Below are positions 8,024 to 15,537 of a stretch of DNA of 20,000 nucleotides, in pieces. Each line of letters begins with the position of its first letter. Within the stretch, counting starts at the first letter, position 1. Source of the stretch: an uncultured virus (IMG/VR IMGVR_UViG_3300017931_000006) (taxonomy: Duplodnaviria; Heunggongvirae; Uroviricota; Caudoviricetes; Crassvirales); the IMG/VR virus record IMGVR_UViG_3300017931_000006; one strand, 5' to 3'. The translations under genes were made by a program, and so were the position numbers. The notes below the pieces were generated by a model, which saw only the letters and a list, made by a program, of their open reading frames with translations, did no database searches and was not told where the DNA came from.

Positions 8024-8757
8024 TGAAACTCCATATCATAGGCTCAAGCAGCCACGGCAACGCATACATACTCGAGGGGGAGAAAGAAACCCTCCTCCTT
8101 GAGTGTGGCGTTCACTTTCAGGACATCAAAAAGGCCCTTAATTTCAATCTTCACAACGTAGTGGGCTGTCTGGTATCACATTCTCATAAAGATCACTGCA
8201 AGGGCGTAAAAGGAGCCACAGGAGCAGGGATAGATGTCTACTGTAGCAAACCTACTCTGGAAGAGATGGGGGTCTACAGCTATCACATTTTCCCAGTAGA
8301 AACCTATAAGCAATTTAAGGTAGGGTCTTTTGGGGTATTTCCATTCCCTCTTGTTCACGACGTATTTATTTTAGGATTCATAATTGATCACCCGGAGTCA
8401 GGAAGGATCTTGTTCTTCACAGATACAGAATATCTACCTTTTAAATTCACGGAAGTAAACCAGATCCTAGCAGAGTGTAATTACGACATGAATATTGTAG
8501 ATGCTAACATCGAAAACGGAGCTCCTATCCAAGTCAGAAACAGGGTTATTCAGTCTCACATGGGTATAGACACACTGGTAACAATGCTGAAGGACAACGA
8601 CCTCACTAAAGTAAACAATATCATCCTCCTTCACCTCAGTGATGGAAATTCTAATGAGCGTGACTTTGTTCGCCGGGTCCAAGAAGCAGCCCCCGGGAAG
8701 ACAGTCATGGCTGCAAACAAAAACATGAGTATTGATTTAAACTTAACACCATTTTGA
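8023..8757 (+). CDS. Metallo-beta-lactamase-fold hydrolase (YycJ/WalJ-like putative exonuclease)
   Basis: GSSSHGN, SHSHKDH metal motif, HD, TDT, ECNY, SH, LLHLSDGNS. Confidence 0.9.
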   Translation: MKLHIIGSSSHGNAYILEGEKETLLLECGVHFQDIKKALNFNLHNVVGCLVSHSHKDHCKGVKGATGAGIDVYCSKPTLEEMGVYSYHIFPVETYKQFKVGSFGVFPFPLVHDVFILGFIIDHPESGRILFFTDTEYLPFKFTEVNQILAECNYDMNIVDANIENGAPIQVRNRVIQSHMGIDTLVTMLKDNDLTKVNNIILLHLSDGNSNERDFVRRVQEAAPGKTVMAANKNMSIDLNLTPF

Positions 8758-8758
8758 G

Positions 8759-9118
8759 ATGAAAAATCCTGAGCTGAAAAACCTTCACCTTACACTCAAG
8801 AAAAAATGGTTTGATATGATCGCCTCTGGAATAAAGAAAGAGGAATACCGGGAAATAAAGCCATATTGGAATAGAAGGTTAGGTAGGCATGGGACTGATT
8901 TTGTATATGGGGTGGTGATATTTAAGAACGGTTACTCAAGGACCGCACCAACTATGGCCTTTGTAATTAATAGGATTACTACAGGGCTGCCCCGTATTGT
9001 ATGGACAGATCAGCCACTTAAAGAATGTTATATCATTGAATTAGGATACCAAATAAACCTTAATTATGGAAACAGCCGAGAAGAAAAAGAAAAAAGAACC
9101 GACCCCGGAACAGCTTGA
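8759..9118 (+). CDS. ASCH-domain protein
   Basis: LHLTLKKKWFDMIASGIKKEEYRE (GxKxxExR) and FKNGY motifs. Confidence 0.85.
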   Translation: MKNPELKNLHLTLKKKWFDMIASGIKKEEYREIKPYWNRRLGRHGTDFVYGVVIFKNGYSRTAPTMAFVINRITTGLPRIVWTDQPLKECYIIELGYQINLNYGNSREEKEKRTDPGTA

Positions 9119-9407
9119 AGAAAGAAAACGCAAGGAGTTATTCAGAGGCTTTAAGACCCGGGTGAAGAACAAACTCCATGACGCCAATGTAGGCGGTCTT
9201 CGTATCGTAGAACTTGAATACGAGCACGTTAAACGCACTCCTACTATCAGATTCAGGACCAAAATTACTCACGATGCTGCCTGTGAAGCATACAAGGAAG
9301 CCATCGCTGATTACAAGGCTTTTCCAGGGAACGGAGGTTGCCCACCTAAGAAAAAAAAGCCCAAGAAGACCGGAATCACTGTAAAAGAACCAGTTAGCCA
9401 AACTTAG
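9066..9407 (+). CDS. Basic hypothetical protein
   Basis: 113 aa ORF overlapping the ASCH 3' end; last gene before the intergenic promoter. Confidence 0.7.
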   Translation: METAEKKKKKEPTPEQLEERKRKELFRGFKTRVKNKLHDANVGGLRIVELEYEHVKRTPTIRFRTKITHDAACEAYKEAIADYKAFPGNGGCPPKKKKPKKTGITVKEPVSQT

Positions 9408-9433
9408 ACTAATTCCAAATTTCTATTAACCTA

Positions 9434-9463
9434 TTGACTTTTGAATTTTATTGATTACTTTTG
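9434..9463 (+). promoter_or_regulatory. Bacteroidota-type promoter for the replication operon
   Basis: TTGACT 9434-9439 and TACTTTTG (TAnnTTTG) 9456-9463; same layout as the promoter at 2975-3005. Confidence 0.7.
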
Positions 9464-9465
9464 TA

Positions 9466-9586
9466 AGGCAGATTTGAGAAAAACGAATGTAGCAACAGCC
9501 AAATAAAACAAAAAACCAGCCCCGGACGGATTTCCTCTTTGCATCCTGCAATCTCGAATCTGCCTCCCCGTCCGGGATTACTGGTT
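9466..9586 (+). ncRNA. Structured 5' leader with two interleaved helices (candidate cis-regulatory or antisense-type RNA)
   Basis: 9466-9479 pairs with 9552-9565 (14 bp, one G-U); 9521-9529 pairs with 9568-9576 (9 bp perfect); 9514-9519 pairs with 9581-9586. Confidence 0.55.
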
Positions 9587-9593
9587 CATCGAT

Positions 9594-10376
9594 ATGAGTT
9601 ATAGATACACTAACACGGATAAATGGAATGACGGATGGTTCAGTAATCTGAAACCATTAGAAAAACTCCTATTTAACTACCTTTGTGATGAATGTGATAT
9701 TGCTGGATTTATTGAGGTTATAACTAAAAATTGGGCCATTGAAATAGGCACAACCGAAAGCGCCATTAAAGAGGCTTTGAAGGGGCTTCAGAGGGCCTTT
9801 ATTTATTCACCAGAAGGCGACACAATATTCATTAGAAATTTTTTAAAACACCAAAAGAACCTTCCTTTAAAAGAAAACAACCCGGCACATAAAGGAATTT
9901 TGAAGAGATTTGAATTATATAGATATAAGTTTGACATTCAAGATGTTGACCTGTTTATTGAAAGGGGCTTAGAAGGGGCTTCTAAGGGGCTTGAAAGGGG
10001 CGTAGGTAATGGTAATGGTAATGGTAATATAAAAGCTATTAGTTGGAAGACAGATTATAACCTGTATCTAGAAGAGTGTAAAAGAGGATTTAAAGAAGCT
10101 TATGAGGATAAAGAATTTATGTCTAAGCTTCAAGAATTTCATATCAACCTTGATATAAGAAAATCAATGGAGAAGGCATTTCTTTCATTCTGGGGAACCA
10201 AAACAGGATGGAAGAATAAGAAGTCCTCCAGATCTAATGAGGTAGATTGGAGGGCGACCATAATGAACACAATAAGTAAAAACCCAGTATATAAAACAAA
10301 TGGAAGACAACAACCAACAATTAACGACGACGAAAGATTTATCAAAGGTCGAAGACAAGAACCTTCAGTTATTTAA
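9594..10376 (+). CDS. Phage replication initiator (replisome organizer-like, N-terminal wHTH)
   Basis: RYTNTDKWNDGWF..L...EKLLF.YL...CD.AG N-terminus, FIRNFLKHQ, internal iterons and (GN)n linker, C-terminal DWRAT; followed by a loader-like gene. Confidence 0.78.
   Translation: MSYRYTNTDKWNDGWFSNLKPLEKLLFNYLCDECDIAGFIEVITKNWAIEIGTTESAIKEALKGLQRAFIYSPEGDTIFIRNFLKHQKNLPLKENNPAHKGILKRFELYRYKFDIQDVDLFIERGLEGASKGLERGVGNGNGNGNIKAISWKTDYNLYLEECKRGFKEAYEDKEFMSKLQEFHINLDIRKSMEKAFLSFWGTKTGWKNKKSSRSNEVDWRATIMNTISKNPVYKTNGRQQPTINDDERFIKGRRQEPSVI
9769..9799 (+). repeat. Secondary iteron-like cluster (3 degenerate copies, 11-bp period)
   Basis: AAGAGGCTT 9769, AAGGGGCTT 9780, GAGGGCCTT 9791. Confidence 0.6.
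9962..10028 (+). repeat. Putative replication origin: AAGGGGCTT iterons x4 (11-bp period) followed by (GGTAAT)x4
   Basis: Copies at 9962, 9973, 9984 and 9995 (last is AAGGGGC); GGTAAT at 10005, 10011, 10017 and 10023; inside the initiator gene as in lambdoid origins. Confidence 0.75.
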
Positions 10377-11079
10377 TACTGCAAGAGAGTCTTCTACGAT
10401 AAAATCTGTAGATGACACTGCTATACGTGCAATGTTACTCTATGTGATGAAGATGGTTGGAGTTATTAATCTACCCACTGAAACGGAAGAAGTTGTCTTA
10501 TTAGACTATATCCATGGCTCTTTGGCTGATCACACCCTAGATGAATTCAAGCTTGCCTTCAAACTATACTGTGATGGAAGACTTGATACAGACCGGGAAC
10601 ATTTTCAAAAACTATCAGGTTTATATATTGGCCGGATCATGGAGAGTTACCGGAGATGGAGGTATTCTTATGTGAAGTTAATTGTAGATCAAGCAGACCA
10701 GCCTCATACACCTACCTCGGAAGACGACGAAAAAATAAAACAGGGATGTTTACGAGCTTTCAAGGTGTATAAAGAAACCCAATACTTTCAAGACTTTGGA
10801 AATGTGTATTTTAGATTCCTAGAGAGGAAAGAAATCTTAACCCTGAGTAATGAGAGAAAGCATGAGATCTTTTTAAGGGCTGAGGAAATCTATAAAGCCT
10901 TGCAGGTCCAGCTCCTGGATTCAATAAGGGAGATTGTTGATAATATCAGGACAGCTTCTTCTTCAGACAAAGACCGGGCTAAGGTACAGGGAATAGCCCG
11001 GGAGATAGCCTTAAAAGAATACTTTGATTTTTTGATTGAAAATGAGATTCCAATAGAAACTTTATTTGAAAAACAATGA
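10300..11079 (+). CDS. Hypothetical replication protein (helicase loader-like by position)
   Basis: Overlaps the initiator 3' end; helical, with TLDEFKLAFKL...G.LD...HFQ motif; function inferred from synteny only. Confidence 0.6.
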   Translation: MEDNNQQLTTTKDLSKVEDKNLQLFNTARESSTIKSVDDTAIRAMLLYVMKMVGVINLPTETEEVVLLDYIHGSLADHTLDEFKLAFKLYCDGRLDTDREHFQKLSGLYIGRIMESYRRWRYSYVKLIVDQADQPHTPTSEDDEKIKQGCLRAFKVYKETQYFQDFGNVYFRFLERKEILTLSNERKHEIFLRAEEIYKALQVQLLDSIREIVDNIRTASSSDKDRAKVQGIAREIALKEYFDFLIENEIPIETLFEKQ

Positions 11080-11243
11080 CATTAATTCTTGGAGTAACAA
11101 TAACATCGGGGGGTAAGACTATCATTATCCCTATCAACATTGAAGTCGGAGATGTGGATCAATTTGCCTTCGATTACAGGAGGATCCTAATCCCTAAATA
11201 CGGAAGATTAGCTACCTATAGTTTTACATACGGAAAGAAATGA
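11076..11243 (+). CDS. Small hypothetical protein (55 aa), not in ORF track
   Basis: MTLILGVTITSGGKTIIIPINIEVGDVDQFAFDYRRILIPKYGRLATYSFTYGKK*; ATGA overlaps at both ends. Confidence 0.7.
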   Translation: MTLILGVTITSGGKTIIIPINIEVGDVDQFAFDYRRILIPKYGRLATYSFTYGKK

Positions 11244-11827
11244 CCGACAAGGATTTTGACAAAAGGCTTGATTTTACGAATGAGGGATCTGCTCTTATCC
11301 CGGATAACCAGAACGCTCAGGATCTCATAGATCAGCTAGGTCTGGGGCAGGTAGTCTCTTTCAACGAGGTCACAGACAGAGATCTTAAATTCCATCGATG
11401 CTATATGGCGCTCATGGGATACGTCTGGTCATACTTACCTCCTAATTTTAAGAGTAAGGTCCCAAAACAACATTTCTATCAATGGGTTAAGCACTTGCAG
11501 CGTAATTATGATGTAATTTACTCTTTTAAAAACCCCGGCAGAAAAGCTGAGATCACAGAGCTACTAAAGTCTCTCAAGAAAGAGTTAAGGTTGACCTACA
11601 GGGCTATTGATATCGTTGCAGATTTTTGCAGCAAAACTGAATTGGTTGAATATAAATCAATCGCCTTTGGTCGTATGTCCGAGATCCAGTTTCACGAATA
11701 TGTGAAATCTCAGTTGCCTTTCTTATACGATCAGGTGATCAGACCCATGTTCCCAGATGATGAAATTTACAACACAATTATTGAAAATATAGAAACAGAT
11801 TTTAGAAACTTTATGTCAAGATTATGA
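11240..11827 (+). CDS. DUF1367-like (NinB/Orf-related) phage protein
   Basis: RDLKFHRCYMAL and KSIAFGRMSEIQF resemble the R...FHR.FFAL and SISF..MD..EF motifs of that family; upstream of NinG. Confidence 0.65.
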   Translation: MTDKDFDKRLDFTNEGSALIPDNQNAQDLIDQLGLGQVVSFNEVTDRDLKFHRCYMALMGYVWSYLPPNFKSKVPKQHFYQWVKHLQRNYDVIYSFKNPGRKAEITELLKSLKKELRLTYRAIDIVADFCSKTELVEYKSIAFGRMSEIQFHEYVKSQLPFLYDQVIRPMFPDDEIYNTIIENIETDFRNFMSRL

Positions 11828-12195
11828 CTCTAAAAATTTTAAACCAAGTAATTCACAATGAATACAATAAGCCGAAAGCCGACTTTCTTCTTGTGGATAT
11901 CGATTACGCTTGTTGTGTAGTTACGAAACTGCCATCTGACATGATTTACATTAAGACCCGAAAAAGAGAGATTGTGCAGGTCCGTCAGACGTCCATTGCC
12001 TTGAGGCAGATACTTAAAGGTCAGTCGCAGCCATCTATTGCCAGAGAATTCGGCAGGATGAACCACTCTACCTGCGCTCACTGCAAGAAGGTATTTCTTG
12101 AAAGATATAGTATATACCATGACTACCGGGAGACAATAAGGGATATTCTTTTTATCCTTGGGCTACCCAGAAACTTCTTTGATGACTTACAATAA
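11824..12195 (+). CDS. Stand-alone DnaA domain IV-like HTH protein
   Basis: KTRKREIVQVRQ...SQPSIAREFGRMNHST resembles DnaA R.r.i...RQ...Sl..Ig..Fg.rDHtT. Confidence 0.75.
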   Translation: MTLKILNQVIHNEYNKPKADFLLVDIDYACCVVTKLPSDMIYIKTRKREIVQVRQTSIALRQILKGQSQPSIAREFGRMNHSTCAHCKKVFLERYSIYHDYRETIRDILFILGLPRNFFDDLQ

Positions 12196-12605
12196 TGGAA
12201 ATCACAGCTAATCTTATTCAGAAGTATTCTAAATACAGCGTCCCTCAGTTAAGGATTAAAGCTGGAAATGTATTCCGTAAGTGGGTACGGGAAAGGGATG
12301 CTGGACAGAGGTGTATATGCTGTGGATCTCTTAGAACGAGTGATGCTAGTCATTTTTACTCAGCCGGTCATTACCCAGAGCTGGAGTTCAATGAAGATAA
12401 TTGCCATCTGGGATGCGCCTCTTGTAATCGATATAACGGGGGGAACCTATTGGCTTACCGCGTAAATCTAGTAAAGAAGATTGGATCAGAGCGCGTAGAG
12501 GTGTTGGAAAATACGGTTGCCATGTATAGAAAGATTGGATACCACCATGACCGGATAAGACTAATTGAGGTTATAGAAACCTATAAAAATAAACCCCATG
12601 GATGA
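12195..12605 (+). CDS. ninG: NinG/Rap-family recombination endonuclease
   Basis: FRKWVRERD...CICCG...DASHF...LEFNEDNCHLGCASCNRYNGGNLLAYR..L..KIG.E.VE.LE is the NinG signature. Confidence 0.9.
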   Translation: MEITANLIQKYSKYSVPQLRIKAGNVFRKWVRERDAGQRCICCGSLRTSDASHFYSAGHYPELEFNEDNCHLGCASCNRYNGGNLLAYRVNLVKKIGSERVEVLENTVAMYRKIGYHHDRIRLIEVIETYKNKPHG

Positions 12606-12810
12606 AGGCCATATAATCCCCAGAAGAATATGTCCTGAGTGTGGAAAGAAGGTAGAACCCGGCTTGTGGAGCTGGGTCGAGCATGTTAAGAATGACTGCA
12701 CTGAAGAGGTCAGGGCTGAATTCGCGGCAGCAGCTAAGTGGTTAGAGTCTTATGGGGAATACCTAAAGAAACACCCCAAGGGAATCAAATTATCAGATCA
12801 CTTAAATTAA
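12598..12810 (+). CDS. Small zinc-finger-like protein
   Basis: CPECG...WVEH....C pattern; overlaps the ninG stop. Confidence 0.65.
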   Translation: MDEGHIIPRRICPECGKKVEPGLWSWVEHVKNDCTEEVRAEFAAAAKWLESYGEYLKKHPKGIKLSDHLN

Positions 12811-12815
12811 TTAAT

Positions 12816-13358
12816 ATGAAAAAATTAACGCTTTTATTTCTGTTATTAACAGCCTGTACGAAAGAAAATGTAGTCCCCCAAGGAATTGATTACACTCTGA
12901 TCCCTCTTGAAAAATCCTCAATAACTGGCATAATTCCGAATGGAGGTGGTATAGGAACTACCGACTGGATTAACCCTACAAATGGACTTGCTGAATTTTG
13001 GGGAAAGGATTACAAGGGTATTTTATTTCAGAGCAAATGTATCGTTTTGAAAGGTAACGGCTTTGAGGGCAACTATCAGCAGATAGAAAACTCCTCACAG
13101 TACATGCTTTGGACAACTGCATTGGACTTTCCAACGAATCACTATGTACTATCCTTCAAATATAAAAGCACCTGTAAGATAACCGTATGTATCAGGAGAA
13201 CGCTTACCTGTGGCTATGTTTTAGCGACACTTCCGGCAACAAGAGAAATTACCTATGTGGAATTTCCAATTAATACAAATATTGTTCAGATACTTTTTTA
13301 TAATGACCCTTTCGGGGGTAAGAGTTGTTTTGATGAATTAAATATCAAGGAATTATGA
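12816..13358 (+). CDS. Putative lipoprotein with beta-rich (possibly carbohydrate-binding-like) domain; start corrected from 12738 to 12816
   Basis: MKKLTLLFLLLTA-C-TKEN lipobox; beta-strand pattern YVLSFKYKS...FDELNIKE. Confidence 0.75.
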   Translation: MKKLTLLFLLLTACTKENVVPQGIDYTLIPLEKSSITGIIPNGGGIGTTDWINPTNGLAEFWGKDYKGILFQSKCIVLKGNGFEGNYQQIENSSQYMLWTTALDFPTNHYVLSFKYKSTCKITVCIRRTLTCGYVLATLPATREITYVEFPINTNIVQILFYNDPFGGKSCFDELNIKEL

Positions 13359-13750
13359 AAGTAATTTTTGTAGGCATTCACAATAAAGAGGACATGATGC
13401 CCCTTGATATTCTTTCAAAATCAGGAAAGATAATTCATAAGATTGAAAAAGAACTTGGAATAAATGCTGTAAAAACCAATCTTTATGACATGGATAGGAT
13501 GCCAGAGGGAAATGAAATTGATATAGAGCCGATGGCGTGGTGGCATAGGAATGATGTTGAGATTGGAGATGTTATAGTCCTGCTTGGAATGTTCGTGCAT
13601 GATAACTTCCATTATGTGCCGATGTTTCATTATATTAAACTTCCACACCCCGCCTCTTCATTATTTCGTGGAGGAGGATCACAAAACGAATATATCAAAA
13701 AAGCAGTTGAAAAAATAAAACCTTTAATAATAATTGACCAACCTAATTAA
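13355..13750 (+). CDS. Minimal uracil-DNA glycosylase-superfamily-like protein
   Basis: VIFVG..N, SKSGK.I, TNL, VIVLLG..V and KLPHPAS match the UDG alpha/beta fold motif order. Confidence 0.65.
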   Translation: MKVIFVGIHNKEDMMPLDILSKSGKIIHKIEKELGINAVKTNLYDMDRMPEGNEIDIEPMAWWHRNDVEIGDVIVLLGMFVHDNFHYVPMFHYIKLPHPASSLFRGGGSQNEYIKKAVEKIKPLIIIDQPN

Positions 13751-13764
13751 ACAGGATAAGGAAG

Positions 13765-14085
13765 ATGAAAAAAGAAGAACCAATAAAAGGCAAACATATA
13801 GGTTGTTTAAATTGTGGCGGAAATGAATCTATATTGCCTAAAAGAACTCGCCTTTATAATTCTTTTGGTGGTTATATGATTACCAAAAATAAAGAATTAT
13901 TCTTTATGGAGGATGTAAAAACCGAATTTGACAAATGCAAAACATTGTGTTTTATAGAACGAAAGGCAAAACTTGAACCTGAGGCAGATTGGCGTTGTAT
14001 TCTTGACCTTCCATTAAGAAATGCCGAATATCAAAGGCAAGACGGTAAATGGGTTTTAATCAAAGAGGGATTGGGGTTTGCATAA
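13765..14085 (+). CDS. Hypothetical protein with CxxC
   Basis: 106 aa; GCLNCG, DWR, PL...EYQRQ...WVL...G.GFA. Confidence 0.75.
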   Translation: MKKEEPIKGKHIGCLNCGGNESILPKRTRLYNSFGGYMITKNKELFFMEDVKTEFDKCKTLCFIERKAKLEPEADWRCILDLPLRNAEYQRQDGKWVLIKEGLGFA

Positions 14086-14113
14086 TTATATTTAATCACT
14101 TAATAACATCACT

Positions 14114-14250
14114 ATGGAAAAGATTAAGACAGCAAAAGAAATTTTAGAAACATTTATATTGTAAAGGGTGCAATAGACTTTGGTATGATAACATTTCACG
14201 AATGGGATAACAAATTTTACTTTGAAAAACAATTAATTCCTTTTAACTAA
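14114..14250 (+). pseudogene. Probable gene remnant (two short frames joined out of frame)
   Basis: MEKIKTAKEILETFIL* is followed by an overlapping -1 frame RNIYIVKGAIDFGMITFHEWDNKFYFEKQLIPFN*. Confidence 0.35.
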
Positions 14251-14278
14251 TTAATTTACATTTAAAACTGTAAGTGAT

Positions 14279-14917
14279 ATGAAAACTAAAATTGAAATTT
14301 TAAATAGATGGAATAATGGGGTATTGTTTTCAACTGAATGCGAGGATAATACTCTTTTGAAATGCGTTCAAGAGGCTATTAGTAAAAGAGCCAATCTGTA
14401 CGGAGCCAATCTGCCCGGAGCCAATCTGCCCGGAGCCGATCTGTCCGGAGCCGATCTGTCCGGAGCCGATCTGTACGGAGCCAATCTGTACGGAGCCAAT
14501 CTGTACGGAGCCAATCTGTCCGGAGCCGATCTGTCCAGAGCCGATCTGCCCGGAGCCAATCTGCCCGGAGCCGATCTGTCCGGAGCCAATCTGTCCAGAG
14601 CCAATCTGTCCAGAGCCAATCTGTCCAGAGCCAATCTGTACGGAGCCAATCTGTACGGAGCCAAAATCGGTAATATAACTATAAAAAAGGCAATGGTTAT
14701 TAATGGTTTGTATAAATATTTAGCGATGCCAATTATTGCGGAAGACGGTAAGCAATACATCGGATTAGGTTGTCATTTAAGATCGGTTGACGATTGGGAA
14801 AATAATTTTTGGAACAATCCCAATGAATTTCCGAATGATAATTCTATAAAATCCCAATTACGGGTATTGGCTTTTGAAACAGCAAAGAAATGGCTGGAAA
14901 TAAACAAGGATAAATAA
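14279..14917 (+). CDS. Pentapeptide-repeat protein with C-terminal IxLGC-x7-W (DUF5758-like) domain
   Basis: 18 repeats of [GR]A[ND]L[YSP]; phage-type N-terminus KIEILNRW...VLF. Confidence 0.92.
   Translation: MKTKIEILNRWNNGVLFSTECEDNTLLKCVQEAISKRANLYGANLPGANLPGADLSGADLSGADLYGANLYGANLYGANLSGADLSRADLPGANLPGADLSGANLSRANLSRANLSRANLYGANLYGAKIGNITIKKAMVINGLYKYLAMPIIAEDGKQYIGLGCHLRSVDDWENNFWNNPNEFPNDNSIKSQLRVLAFETAKKWLEINKDK
14387..14656 (+). repeat. 15-bp coding tandem repeat RGAGCCRATCTGYMC x18
   Basis: Read directly from the sequence; 270 bp. Confidence 0.95.
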
Positions 14918-14939
14918 TTAACCCCAATATTTCAAACCA

Positions 14940-15233
14940 ATGAAAAAACTATATTTCCGAAACGAAGATTCAGAAAGATGCCACGAAAAGGAATATTTTA
15001 TTGATGAAATGAAAGATGTTGGTATTAAAGAAATGATGGTATTTGTGGTACAGAAAGATAAAAGTAAAGATTATTTTTGGTGCAAAGCCATTGATGATGT
15101 CTGTGCTAATGACGATACTCATTGTGGCAAAGAATGTGAAGATTACAAACCCTGTAACGGTAAATCGGGTAAATGCAGACTCAAAGGATATTGCTATATA
15201 CCAACAAATAAAGTAGTATTAACAATCAAATAA
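14940..15233 (+). CDS. Cys-rich hypothetical protein
   Basis: FWC....VC......CGKECEDYKPCNGKSGKC; probably metal-binding. Confidence 0.78.
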   Translation: MKKLYFRNEDSERCHEKEYFIDEMKDVGIKEMMVFVVQKDKSKDYFWCKAIDDVCANDDTHCGKECEDYKPCNGKSGKCRLKGYCYIPTNKVVLTIK

Positions 15234-15240
15234 AAATGAG

Positions 15241-15537
15241 ATGAAAACAAAAGAAGAAAGAACAAACCGAATCCTTGCCAGAGGGGAAGTATCTGGTCAT
15301 TCTCACATCATAACGGGAGAATGTGAAATTATCCGTGACGGTGACAACGTAACTATCAAGGCAGGGAAGAATTGTGTTATTAAACACCTTTTAGAACAAC
15401 CTTTCATTGAAGAGGGCAGGGAGGAATGGACTAAAGAACACAAAGACATTCCTTTAAAAGAAGGTAATACTTATAAAAACATTCAACAGATAGAGTATAA
15501 TCCTTACGAAAAAGCTATCAGAAATGTTACCGACTAA
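15241..15537 (+). CDS. Small His-motif beta-rich protein (LARGEVSGHSH...H...EH...QxEY), partner of DUF6745-like proteins
   Basis: GExxGHxH and H/EH motifs, ends RNVTD; overlaps the next gene by 14 nt. Confidence 0.8.
   Translation: MKTKEERTNRILARGEVSGHSHIITGECEIIRDGDNVTIKAGKNCVIKHLLEQPFIEEGREEWTKEHKDIPLKEGNTYKNIQQIEYNPYEKAIRNVTD

Noticed and set aside
9514..9590. Intrinsic terminator or tRNA
   Set aside because: Loop of about 38 nt, no U-tract on the + strand, and no cloverleaf or T-loop consensus.
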